From the NCBI GenBank assembly GCA_034003245.1, contig JAVEYY010000021.1, positions 5,852 through 69,851 on the forward strand: a stretch of 64,000 nucleotides of DNA. The letters are read 5' to 3'. A program made the translations under genes and the position numbers. The DNA is from Tenuifilaceae bacterium (GTDB lineage: Bacteria; Bacteroidota; Bacteroidia; Bacteroidales; Tenuifilaceae). Positions 9,473 to 18,425 of this stretch are shown in pieces. A model generated the notes under the pieces. The model worked only from the letters and a program-made list of their open reading frames with translations, made no database searches and had not been told where the DNA came from. Each line of letters starts with the position of its first letter. Positions within the stretch are counted from its first letter, which is position 1.

Positions 9473-9856
9473 ATGGAAACCATAAAGATTCTGGGTACCG
9501 ACGATACCCCCACTGTAATTCTTGATGCTGATAACGACATCTTTGAGATTTCCGGCCGCTCGCTGCCCGAGGATGTTACCGCATTCTACGATCCAATTCT
9601 GAATTGGCTCGACGAGTACGCTGCTGGCCCAAATGCAAAAACCATTTTCACTTTCAAGCTGGTGTACTTCAACACCGCCAGCTCCAAGTTGCTTCTTGAT
9701 ATACTGATGAAGCTGGAGGAGATGCACGAGGATGGCAAAGAGATTCTGGTGAAATGGTACTACCCCGAGGACGACGAGGATATGCAGGAAGCCGGAGAGG
9801 AGTATGCCGATATCGTAGATGTTCCTTTCGAACAGGTTAGCTACACTCTCAACTAA
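9473..9856 (+). CDS. SiaC-like DUF1987 regulatory phosphoprotein
   Basis: 127 aa. GTDDTPTVILD...ISGRSLPEDVTAFYDPILNWLDEY...FKLVYFNTASSKLLLDILMKLEE is the DUF1987/SiaC pattern, including the conserved Thr (Thr68). Confidence 0.75.
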   Translation: METIKILGTDDTPTVILDADNDIFEISGRSLPEDVTAFYDPILNWLDEYAAGPNAKTIFTFKLVYFNTASSKLLLDILMKLEEMHEDGKEILVKWYYPEDDEDMQEAGEEYADIVDVPFEQVSYTLN

Positions 9857-9907
9857 ATTGCTAGGCCGATTTCTTAACCTGAACTAACCAAAAAAAAATC
9901 TCAGCCC

Positions 9908-12900
9908 ATGAGTGAGGAAATTCTCAAGGCTTTAATGCAACTCTTTGCTATTATTGCAAAGCAGGACGAGGGCGTTGAATCCAACGAGCGCGACTACGTT
10001 GTGAATTTCCTCATGCAGCAGGTTAACGACGAAGCCGTTGAGGAGTATATAAAATTATTCGATCAGCATGCCGGGCTCAACGACGACAAGGAGGAGGAAG
10101 AGGATGGGCAACCCAAAAAGGTTAAACTTACCTCGGTTAAAGACTCCGTAAAGATCCTGGGTATCTGTAAGAAAATCAATAAAACCCTTACCCAGAAGCA
10201 AAAGGTTGTTGTACTAGTCCGCCTATTCGAGTTGGTTAATGCCGACCGTAAGTTTACCGATCAGCGAATGGCCATTATCAACACGGTGGCCGATGTGTTT
10301 AAACTTTCGAAAGAAGAATTTACCGATATTGAGAACTTTGTGGTCAACAACGACCCCAAGGATCTCGACTTTTCAAGTGTTCTTACTATCCACGATAAGC
10401 CCGAGAAAGGAGAACATTGCAAACACATCCCCACCGAAGCGCTTAATGGCTACCTATACATTCTGCAGATAAAGAGTGAGGATCTCTACTTCCTAAGGTA
10501 CACGGGGAATGAGGATATTTACCTCAATGGTCTACCCATCAATAACAAGCGGATATACTTATTTGCCAGCGGTAGCTCCATAAAACTCCCCAAGGGTAAG
10601 CCTATCTATTATACCGACGTAGTTGCCCACTACCTGGCCGACTCCACAAGTATCAGAATAACCTATAATGTTGACGATGTAGGTTACCGGTTTAAATCGG
10701 GTGATATTGGCTTACGCAATATCTCTTTCAACGAAGAGCAGGGTAAGCTTATCGGCATAATGGGGGCAAGCGGTGCAGGCAAAACCACGCTGCTTAACGT
10801 ACTTGCCGGTATCGAAGCGCCCACATCGGGTCAGGTTCGAATAAACGGAATCGACCTTCACCACCAGAAGGATCAACTCGAAGGGGTTATTGGAGTTATC
10901 CCACAGGATGATCTACTGATAGAAGAGCTTACCGTATTCCAAAACCTTTACTACAACGCAAAACTTTGCTTTAAGGATAAATCGGAAGAGGAGCTAACAC
11001 AGCTAGTATACAAAACGCTGCAGAACTTAGGCCTCTTTGAGCGCAAAGACCTAAAAGTTGGATCGCCCCTTAATAAGATGATTTCCGGAGGACAGCGTAA
11101 AAGGCTCAACATAGCCCTTGAGCTTATTCGCGAACCGGCCATCCTGTTTGTTGATGAGCCAACCTCGGGATTATCGTCGCGCGATTCGGAGAACGTAATG
11201 GATCTGCTGAGGGAACTCACGCTTAAAGGGAAGCTAATATTCGTAGTAATCCACCAGCCATCGTCCGACATCTACAAGATGTTCGACAATATGATGATCC
11301 TTGACACGGGTGGGTACATGATATACTACGGAAATCCTGTAGAAGCCGTGATGTATTTCAAGCGGCTCGACATGCAGATTAACAGCGACCAGGGCGAGTG
11401 CCCAACCTGCGGTAACGTGAACCCTGAGTTGATCTTCAACATTATTGAAGCTAAGGTGGTCGATGAATTCGGCCGCTACACTCCTATCCGAAAAGTTTCA
11501 CCGCCAAAATGGGAGGAGTATTTTACCGAGAATATCAAGCTAAAATCGCTGAACGACGAAAGCGAGCCGCCGCCACAATCCCTAAATATTCCCTCGAGGA
11601 TTAAGCAGTTTTTCATCTACACCACGCGCGATTTTCTCTCAAAGATCAGCAATACTCAGTACATTGTACTTAACCTTCTGGAAACACCCATACTAGGGTT
11701 TATCCTAGCCTACGTAATCCGATATATTGCCGATCCGAACTCGAACGTATACGTGTTCTACGAGAACGAGAACATACCTATATATATCTTTATGGCCCTT
11801 ATTGTAGCCCTGTTCATTGGGCTTACCGTAAGCGCCGAGGAGATATTCCGCGATCGAAAACTGCTTAAGCGCGAAGCGTTCTTGAACCTAAGCCGTACTT
11901 CGTACCTTTTTAGTAAGATATCGATATTAGTAGTCCTTTCGGCGATCCAATCAATAACATTTGTGCTCATTGCCAATGGAATTCTACAGCTCCATGGAAT
12001 GAACTTTGAGTACTGGCTTGTACTATTCTCCACGGCAGTTTTCGCCAACCTGCTTGGATTAAACATATCGGCCACATTCAACTCGGCTGTCACCATATAC
12101 ATTGTTATTCCATTGCTGATGATCCCCATGATGGTGCTTTCGGGAGCCATGTTTAGCTTCGATAAGCTTAACCGTGCAGTGGGCAGCTTTGGTCGAGTTC
12201 CACTAATAGCCGAGTTCATGGTTACCAAGTGGGGGTACGAGGGGCTAGTGGTTCGCCAGTTTAAGGATAACGATTTCCACAAAACCTTTTACGACATTGA
12301 GAAGGTTGAGCGAAACGCTGATTACAAAACTGTTTACTACATCCCTGAACTGGAGAAACTTCTAAGCGAGAACATCGACCTTTTAGATAGAGGCATTGAG
12401 GACACCAAGGTTAAAGCCAAATTCAACACGAACATCTTGGTGCTTAGAAACTCTCTTTTCAAGGAGATTAACTTCCTAGCCCCATCAATTCAATTCAACT
12501 ACTTCGACAAGTTAACCCCCGATCTGTTCGACTTCGAAACGGCTTTTGCCACCGTCGATTATCTTGATGAGTTGAAGACTCACTACAGCAAGATATTCCA
12601 GCTGGCTAATCAGAAACGCGACCGGATAATTTCACATCTGGTATCAACAAATCCACGATTATACGAGGCTAAGCGAAGGGCATATCACAACGAGAGCATT
12701 GCCGATTTGGCCACCAAAAAATTTGAAAAAAACAAGATTTTACAGTACAAAGGGGAACTTGTACAGCAGTACGATCCCATATACCGCGATCCAATTCCAA
12801 ATCATAGATTCGACTTCCGTTCGCATTTCTTTGCCCCACAAAAGCACTTGCTGGGAAAATACTACGATACTTTTTGGTTCAATATTTGCTTTATCTGGTT

Positions 12901-12997
12901 AATGACAGCAATTTTATACATTACGCTATATTTTGAAACACTTAAAAAGCTGATCGATTTTTTCGGGAAAATTAAAATCCCCAAACTTAAAAAATAA
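9908..12997 (+). CDS. ABC-G/ABC-2 type transporter, fused ATPase-permease with a long N-terminal regulatory extension and a C-terminal extension
   Basis: 1029 aa. Walker A GASGAGKTTLLNVLAG, signature ISGGQRKRLNIALEL, Walker B ILFVDEPTSGLS. Multiple TM helices at residues ~590-790 plus a terminal TM. The N-terminal ~270 aa look TerB-like and then FHA-like (inference). Confidence 0.85.
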   Translation: MSEEILKALMQLFAIIAKQDEGVESNERDYVVNFLMQQVNDEAVEEYIKLFDQHAGLNDDKEEEEDGQPKKVKLTSVKDSVKILGICKKINKTLTQKQKVVVLVRLFELVNADRKFTDQRMAIINTVADVFKLSKEEFTDIENFVVNNDPKDLDFSSVLTIHDKPEKGEHCKHIPTEALNGYLYILQIKSEDLYFLRYTGNEDIYLNGLPINNKRIYLFASGSSIKLPKGKPIYYTDVVAHYLADSTSIRITYNVDDVGYRFKSGDIGLRNISFNEEQGKLIGIMGASGAGKTTLLNVLAGIEAPTSGQVRINGIDLHHQKDQLEGVIGVIPQDDLLIEELTVFQNLYYNAKLCFKDKSEEELTQLVYKTLQNLGLFERKDLKVGSPLNKMISGGQRKRLNIALELIREPAILFVDEPTSGLSSRDSENVMDLLRELTLKGKLIFVVIHQPSSDIYKMFDNMMILDTGGYMIYYGNPVEAVMYFKRLDMQINSDQGECPTCGNVNPELIFNIIEAKVVDEFGRYTPIRKVSPPKWEEYFTENIKLKSLNDESEPPPQSLNIPSRIKQFFIYTTRDFLSKISNTQYIVLNLLETPILGFILAYVIRYIADPNSNVYVFYENENIPIYIFMALIVALFIGLTVSAEEIFRDRKLLKREAFLNLSRTSYLFSKISILVVLSAIQSITFVLIANGILQLHGMNFEYWLVLFSTAVFANLLGLNISATFNSAVTIYIVIPLLMIPMMVLSGAMFSFDKLNRAVGSFGRVPLIAEFMVTKWGYEGLVVRQFKDNDFHKTFYDIEKVERNADYKTVYYIPELEKLLSENIDLLDRGIEDTKVKAKFNTNILVLRNSLFKEINFLAPSIQFNYFDKLTPDLFDFETAFATVDYLDELKTHYSKIFQLANQKRDRIISHLVSTNPRLYEAKRRAYHNESIADLATKKFEKNKILQYKGELVQQYDPIYRDPIPNHRFDFRSHFFAPQKHLLGKYYDTFWFNICFIWLMTAILYITLYFETLKKLIDFFGKIKIPKLKK

Positions 12998-13050
12998 TAT
13001 TTTTTCATACCTTTACTTGAGTATTTTAGAGCTGCAAATTCATCAAACAA

Positions 13051-13974
13051 TTGCCACAAGTTATGTATAAAAAAATCATTCTCATATTGACCATAGCTCT
13101 ACTCGTAACCTCCTGTCGTTTCTTCGATTCGGAGCGAAATATAAGCCGTGATGAGTTTGACATTCCACCCGAATTGCTTGATGACAAGCCCCTCGAGATT
13201 GCCTCGGAGGTTATTGACGATATGATTTCTAACGTATCCTCACCAGTAGAAACTGCCGCGCTTATCAAGGGTCTAAAAATTCCATTCAACCGCGACTATG
13301 TGGCCAAAACACAGCTCGAGAAGAATCTTAACACTAGTTTTCAAAAGGCAATTGGATTGGGCATTTTTGGTGCCGACCTGGGTTACATTAACATGTATGA
13401 GCGCACCTCAATGGTGATCAATTACATTACCACAATTAAATCACTGGCCGACGGAATTCAGGTAGGGCAATTCTTCGACTTTGCCACACTTAATCGCATT
13501 GCCACCAACAAGGAGAATCTGGATTCCTTAATGCTTATCTCACAACAAAGCTTCAATAGAATCGACAACTACCTTCGTGAGACCAACAGGCCTCATCTTA
13601 GCGTTCTAATTATTGCTGGTGTGTGGATTGAGGGGCTCTACCTATCGACCCGTGTGGCCGAAGACTCTAAACACCCAAGAATCAACGAAACTATTGGCGA
13701 GCAGAAAACGATAATGAGCCACTTAATGCTCCTGTTAAACAACTACCGCAGTGAACCAAATATCGCCAAGCTGATTGAGGATTTCGAGGAAATTCAGGCC
13801 CTTTACCGCGATGTGCGTATAGTATACGAGTATGGCGATCCCGTTACCGTGGAAAAGGATGGTGTTCTCACCATTATTCAAAACGATACACAAACAATTA
13901 TCATGTCCGATGAAACCTTAAGTAAAATCATAAAAAAGGTTCAGGACACAAGAAACAGATTACTTGAAAGCTAA
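13051..13974 (+). CDS. Hypothetical lipoprotein
   Basis: 307 aa. Signal peptide with lipobox LLVTSC. No family recognised. The start may be the ATG at 13063. Confidence 0.5.
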   Translation: MPQVMYKKIILILTIALLVTSCRFFDSERNISRDEFDIPPELLDDKPLEIASEVIDDMISNVSSPVETAALIKGLKIPFNRDYVAKTQLEKNLNTSFQKAIGLGIFGADLGYINMYERTSMVINYITTIKSLADGIQVGQFFDFATLNRIATNKENLDSLMLISQQSFNRIDNYLRETNRPHLSVLIIAGVWIEGLYLSTRVAEDSKHPRINETIGEQKTIMSHLMLLLNNYRSEPNIAKLIEDFEEIQALYRDVRIVYEYGDPVTVEKDGVLTIIQNDTQTIIMSDETLSKIIKKVQDTRNRLLES

Positions 13975-13992
13975 CACAGAAATTCCTGAATT

Positions 13993-14433
13993 ATGAAAAA
14001 TATAAGCCTTACGATTTTAATCTTTACGTTTTTCCTTCTCGGATTCAATAACGAGAGTAAAGCTCAATCAGAGGACGATCTCATTGAGATTTGCGGGATG
14101 ATTGCCGGAGATGCCACCTTTTTGAAGGATTTCAGAATCCGTCTCGATGCAGGTGATCCTCCTCCAACTCAGCGTTTCTCCGTAATTCTGCGTAAGGGTA
14201 TTAAATATCGCTTCTCCGTTTGCAACTCTAAGGATTTTGAGGGAAAGGTCGTTCTTCAGCTACTCGACAACAACCGGCTTTTGGCCACAACCTATATTGT
14301 AGCCACGGGTACCGATCACCCATCTATTGAATATGTATGCAATAGAACCGGGGCTTATCACCTTTTCTTTAACTTTAGGGATGGTAAACCGGGGCTGGCT
14401 GTTGGGTTGCTCTCGCTGGTTGAGGCAATGTAA
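13993..14433 (+). CDS. Hypothetical secreted protein
   Basis: 146 aa with an N-terminal signal peptide (...NNESKAQS). Lies 18 nt after the preceding gene and is followed by a terminator. Confidence 0.45.
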   Translation: MKNISLTILIFTFFLLGFNNESKAQSEDDLIEICGMIAGDATFLKDFRIRLDAGDPPPTQRFSVILRKGIKYRFSVCNSKDFEGKVVLQLLDNNRLLATTYIVATGTDHPSIEYVCNRTGAYHLFFNFRDGKPGLAVGLLSLVEAM

Positions 14434-14460
14434 GGTTTTGAATCCCTTTATAATACTTTT

Positions 14461-14486
14461 AAAGCAGCCCATGGCTGCTTTTTTTA
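14461..14486 (+). terminator. Rho-independent terminator
   Basis: AAGCAGCC-CAT-GGCTGCTT perfect 8-bp stem followed by a T-run. Confidence 0.8.
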
Positions 14487-14521
14487 TTTGCTAAAGCCGT
14501 AAGCTGTAAGATTAAACAAAA

Positions 14522-14545
14522 AAGCCTGCAAAAAATATGCAGGCT
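14522..14545 (-). terminator. Hairpin immediately 3' of tRNA-Asn
   Basis: AAGCCTGCA-N-TGCAGGCTT 9-bp inverted repeat directly downstream of the tRNA on the minus strand. Confidence 0.5.
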
Positions 14546-14622
14546 TGGCTCCTCATCTAGGACTTGAACCTAGGACCCCCTGATTAACAGTCAGGTGCTC
14601 TAACCAACTGAGCTAATGAGGA
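14546..14622 (-). tRNA. tRNA-Asn (anticodon GTT), CCA encoded
   Basis: The reverse complement reads TCCTCAT-TA-GCTCAGTTGGTTAGAGC-A-CCTGA-CTGTTAA-TCAGG-GGGTC-CTAGGTTCAAGTCCTAG-ATGAGGA-GCCA. The cloverleaf is complete, with GTT centred in the 7-nt anticodon loop. Confidence 0.95.
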
Positions 14623-14796
14623 ATGTTGATTTTTAAAAAACGGCATCCCGTTTTTGCGAGTGCAAATATATAGCCTTTATATATTCCCACCAAATTTTTT
14701 TTAATGATTTTAAAAAAAATGCCAATTCAAACAAAAATACAGAAATCTGGTATTTCGGTTTATTATCCCTAATTTTGTGGCAAACATAAAACAGCT

Positions 14797-15789
14797 ATGG
14801 CAAAAGTATTTGGAATAGGTAATGCGCTAGTGGATATTATGACTAGCCTTAAGAGCGACGAATTACTTGAAACGCTTAATCTTCCCAAGGGGAGCATGCA
14901 ACTAGTTAACGAGACCACCATCAACAGCGCTATGGAGAAAACAAAGGGTTTGCCACAAACCCTAGCTTCGGGTGGAAGTGCAGCCAATACCATAAATGGA
15001 CTTGCAAACCTTGGCATAAAAACAGCCTTTGTGGGTAAGGTTGGCAACGATGAGTTGGGAAAATTTTTCCACGACGATATGGTCAAGGCGGGTATCAGCC
15101 CCAAATTACTCTCCAGTAAATCGGCAACAGGAAGAGCACTCGCACTTGTTTCGCCCGATTCGGAAAGAACTTTTGCGGTTAACCTTGGCGCAGCCATTGA
15201 ATTGGTGCCCGAGGATATCAACCGCGATTTCTTTGATGGCTACGATTACTTACACATCGAAGGATATCTGGTTCAAAATCATGCGCTAATTGAAAAAGCC
15301 ATTAAAACAGCAAAATCGGCAGGGTTAAAAATCTCACTCGACATGGCCAGCTACAACGTGGTGGAGTCGAACCTCGAATTTTTAACAAGGATTGTTGACG
15401 AGTACGTTGATATAGTGTTTGCCAACGAGGAAGAGTCGAAAGCCTTTACCCACAAATCACCCGAGGAATCGCTGGATATAATTGCCAAGAAGGTAGAAAT
15501 TGCCATAGTAAAACTTGGGTCTAAAGGATCGTTGATTAAAAAGGCAGACGATGTCTATCAGGTTGGCGTGATTAAGGTTAATTCTATTGACACCACTGGT
15601 GCTGGCGACCTTTACGCTTCTGGCTTTCTATATGGGCTTTCGCGGGGGCTTTCGTTGGAGAAGTGCGGCCAAATAGGCGCAATCCTTTCGGGCAGGGTAA
15701 TTGAGGTTATCGGGCCAAAAATGGATGCGCAAACCTGGACCGAAATTAAAGAACAAGTGCGTAAAATTGAGCAGAGCCAGACTATTTAA
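14797..15789 (+). CDS. PfkB-family kinase (adenosine kinase-like)
   Basis: 330 aa. N-terminal GIGNALVDI and the C-terminal DTTGAGDLYASGFLYG PfkB signature. Confidence 0.85.
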   Translation: MAKVFGIGNALVDIMTSLKSDELLETLNLPKGSMQLVNETTINSAMEKTKGLPQTLASGGSAANTINGLANLGIKTAFVGKVGNDELGKFFHDDMVKAGISPKLLSSKSATGRALALVSPDSERTFAVNLGAAIELVPEDINRDFFDGYDYLHIEGYLVQNHALIEKAIKTAKSAGLKISLDMASYNVVESNLEFLTRIVDEYVDIVFANEEESKAFTHKSPEESLDIIAKKVEIAIVKLGSKGSLIKKADDVYQVGVIKVNSIDTTGAGDLYASGFLYGLSRGLSLEKCGQIGAILSGRVIEVIGPKMDAQTWTEIKEQVRKIEQSQTI

Positions 15790-16366
15790 GGACATTATCA
15801 ACTTTAGCTATCCAAAACCGCCAAGGCATATTGGCCCAATACAACCCCGCATAGTTTACCCCTATGCGGGGTCCTGTTTTAATATTAGGAACTGATTCCC
15901 CTGACTCAAACCATATTTGATTTGAGCCAGTAATGTCCACTCCGTTAAAACTCTTGTCAATTTCTAGAAGTCGCCCAACACGACCAGGGCCTTCGCAACC
16001 TAAAACACCTCTGATTAGAACTGCCTGCGGAAAATCCTTGGGACCAGTAACCACATTTAGCATCCAATGCATTCCATAAATCAAGTACACATAGGTTACA
16101 CCACCCTGCATGTACATTACCGAAGTGCGTTGGGTTTTTCCCTTGCAAGCATGGCAAGCCAAATCATCCTCACCTCTATAGGCTTCCACTTCCGACACGG
16201 TAAAACGCTCAATGTGCCCATTAGGGAATGCCCTTACCAGCTGCACGCCTACCAAATCGGGAGCAACATCAAGCACATCGCGCGTAAAGAAATCTAACCC
16301 TAACCGCATTCCTCTACTATTATTTACTGATTTTAAAAACCATAATCTTTCGAAACCCCATCCCAA
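15782..16366 (-). CDS. DNA-3-methyladenine glycosylase (MPG/AAG family)
   Basis: FFTRDVLDVAPDLVG, EVEAYRGEDDLACHA and YVYLIYGMHWMLNVV blocks. The true start is probably the internal Met at about 16309. Confidence 0.85.
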   Translation of the reverse strand: MGWGFERLWFLKSVNNSRGMRLGLDFFTRDVLDVAPDLVGVQLVRAFPNGHIERFTVSEVEAYRGEDDLACHACKGKTQRTSVMYMQGGVTYVYLIYGMHWMLNVVTGPKDFPQAVLIRGVLGCEGPGRVGRLLEIDKSFNGVDITGSNQIWFESGESVPNIKTGPRIGVNYAGLYWANMPWRFWIAKVDNVLK

Positions 16367-16573
16367 AATTTTTTCATATTTCTCAACATGTGGGATGCAC
16401 TAAAAATACAAAAAGATTCGAGCATAAAACTGAGGGTGAAACTGAATATCCAAAAATAATTAATGGTTGATATTGTAGATTAAATAATTAGCTGTATTTT
16501 TGCATCCCGCTTATTATAACCGTTTGGATCACGGAAAATTAACAGGTATTAACTAAAACAGAGGAGTTTAAAC

Positions 16574-17029
16574 GTGGACACACTTAGTTACAAAACCGTA
16601 TCGACCAACGATGCCACTGCAAAAAAAGAGTGGATTGTGGTTGATGCCACCAACGAAGTGTTAGGGCGTTTGGCCAGCAAAGTTGCGAAACTGTTGCGCG
16701 GCAAGTACAAGCCCAGCTTCACCCCCAACGTTGATTGTGGGGACAATGTAATCATCATCAATGCCGAGAAGGTTCGCCTAACCGGTAATAAGATGACTGA
16801 GAAAACTTACTACCATTACACTGGCTACCCAGGAGGTAAGCGCAGCGCTACGCCAAAGGATTGGTTACAACGTAAACCCACAGCCATTATTGAGCATGCG
16901 GTAAAGGGAATGCTTCCCAAGAACCGTCTAGGCTCTAAGGTTTATGGAAACCTTTACGTATTCGCCGGCAACGAGCACAAGCATGAGGCTCAGAAACCCA
17001 TGGAAATTAAGTTAAACTCAATTAAGTAA
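16574..17029 (+). CDS. rplM: 50S ribosomal protein L13
   Basis: 151 aa with a GTG start. KEWIVVDATNEVLGRLASKVAKLLRGKYKPSFTP is canonical L13. Confidence 0.95.
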   Translation: MDTLSYKTVSTNDATAKKEWIVVDATNEVLGRLASKVAKLLRGKYKPSFTPNVDCGDNVIIINAEKVRLTGNKMTEKTYYHYTGYPGGKRSATPKDWLQRKPTAIIEHAVKGMLPKNRLGSKVYGNLYVFAGNEHKHEAQKPMEIKLNSIK

Positions 17030-17034
17030 CAGCT

Positions 17035-17421
17035 ATGCAGGTAATTAATGCAACGGGTCGAAGAAAGAGCGCTGTAGCACGTGTTTATCTTCAGGAAGGC
17101 AAAGGTAGCATCACCATTAACGGAAAAGACATCAAGGATTACTTCCCCTCCGTGCTTATGCAGTACGTGGTGAAACAACCCTTTGAGGTGCTAAACCTAC
17201 TTGGCACTTACGATGTTAAGGCCAACCTTGATGGTGGCGGAGTAAAAGGACAAGCCGAAGCCATGCGCCTAGGTATTGCTCGCGCCCTGGTTGAACTAAA
17301 TGCTGAGAACAAGCCCGCTCTTAAAGCTAACGGCTTTATGACCCGCGACCCACGTGAGGTGGAGCGCAAGAAGCCTGGTCAACCCAAGGCAAGGAAGAAA
17401 TTCCAGTTCAGCAAGCGTTAA
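17035..17421 (+). CDS. rpsI: 30S ribosomal protein S9
   Basis: 128 aa. GRRKSAVARVYL...GGGVKGQAEAMRLGIARAL...RDPREVERKKPGQPKARKKFQFSKR. Confidence 0.95.
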   Translation: MQVINATGRRKSAVARVYLQEGKGSITINGKDIKDYFPSVLMQYVVKQPFEVLNLLGTYDVKANLDGGGVKGQAEAMRLGIARALVELNAENKPALKANGFMTRDPREVERKKPGQPKARKKFQFSKR

Positions 17422-17535
17422 TCGCTTACAATTTATGTTTTGGCAAACAGCGCACGCTGTAAATTGCTCGGACTTTCACACACTTGAAACTACCAAGCAA
17501 TTGCCAACTTTAACTAATTTTTTAATCAAATTAAA

Positions 17536-18393
17536 ATGCCAAAGACAGATTTTAAAGAGTTACTCGACGCAGGCGTTCACTTTGGACACCTAAAGCGCAA
17601 GTGGAACCCCAAAATGGCTCCTTACATCTTTATGGAGCGCAACGGTATCCACATTATCGACCTTCAAAAAACAGCCGTAAAACTCGACGAGGCTGCTGCA
17701 GCCATGAAGCAAATCGCAAAATCGGGACGTAAAGTTCTTTTTGTTGCCACAAAAAAGCAAGCCAAAGAGATTGTTGCCGAAAAGCTTAAGCCAGTAAACA
17801 TGCCATATGTTACTGAGCGCTGGCCTGGTGGAATGCTCACCAACTTCCCCACTATCCGCAAGGCGGTTAAGAAGATGACCTCTATCGACAAAATGTTGAC
17901 CGAAGGAACCTTCACCAACCTCTCGAAGCGTGAGAAGCTGCAAATTACCCGTCAACGTGCTAAACTGGAGAAAAACCTTGGCTCAATTGCCGATCTAAAT
18001 AGACTACCCGCAGCACTTTTTGTGATTGACGTTCAGAAAGAGTATATCGCCGTTAACGAGGCAAAAAAATTGAATATCCCGGTATTCGCAATGGTTGATA
18101 CCTGTTGTGATCCTACTCCAATTGACTTTGTAATACCGGCCAACGACGATGCATCCAAGTCAATCTCTCTTATTGTTGACGTGATGGTGAAGTCTATCCA
18201 GGAAGGTTTAGACGAGCGCAAAAACGAAAAGGATAAAGAAGGGCCTGGCGCTGACGATGACAACGCTGACGAAAAACCAAGCCGCACTAGAGCTAGAAAG
18301 AGCGCTAGGGCTCCCAAAGCCAAAGTTCAGGATGAGAACATCGACCAGAACGATGACTCTGAAAACGACAGCGACGAATCGTCCGAAGAATAA
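17536..18393 (+). CDS. rpsB: 30S ribosomal protein S2 with a charged C-terminal tail
   Basis: 285 aa. LLDAGVHFGHLKRKWNPKMAPYIF...RWPGGMLTNF. The last ~60 aa are low-complexity acidic/basic sequence. Confidence 0.95.
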   Translation: MPKTDFKELLDAGVHFGHLKRKWNPKMAPYIFMERNGIHIIDLQKTAVKLDEAAAAMKQIAKSGRKVLFVATKKQAKEIVAEKLKPVNMPYVTERWPGGMLTNFPTIRKAVKKMTSIDKMLTEGTFTNLSKREKLQITRQRAKLEKNLGSIADLNRLPAALFVIDVQKEYIAVNEAKKLNIPVFAMVDTCCDPTPIDFVIPANDDASKSISLIVDVMVKSIQEGLDERKNEKDKEGPGADDDNADEKPSRTRARKSARAPKAKVQDENIDQNDDSENDSDESSEE

Positions 18394-18425
18394 ACACACA
18401 GTAGTAACTACAAAAAAATATCACA

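Noticed and set aside
18205-18393. Highly charged ~60-aa C-terminal tail on ribosomal protein S2.
   Set aside because: Lineage-specific low-complexity extensions of S2 are common, so I do not consider this novel.
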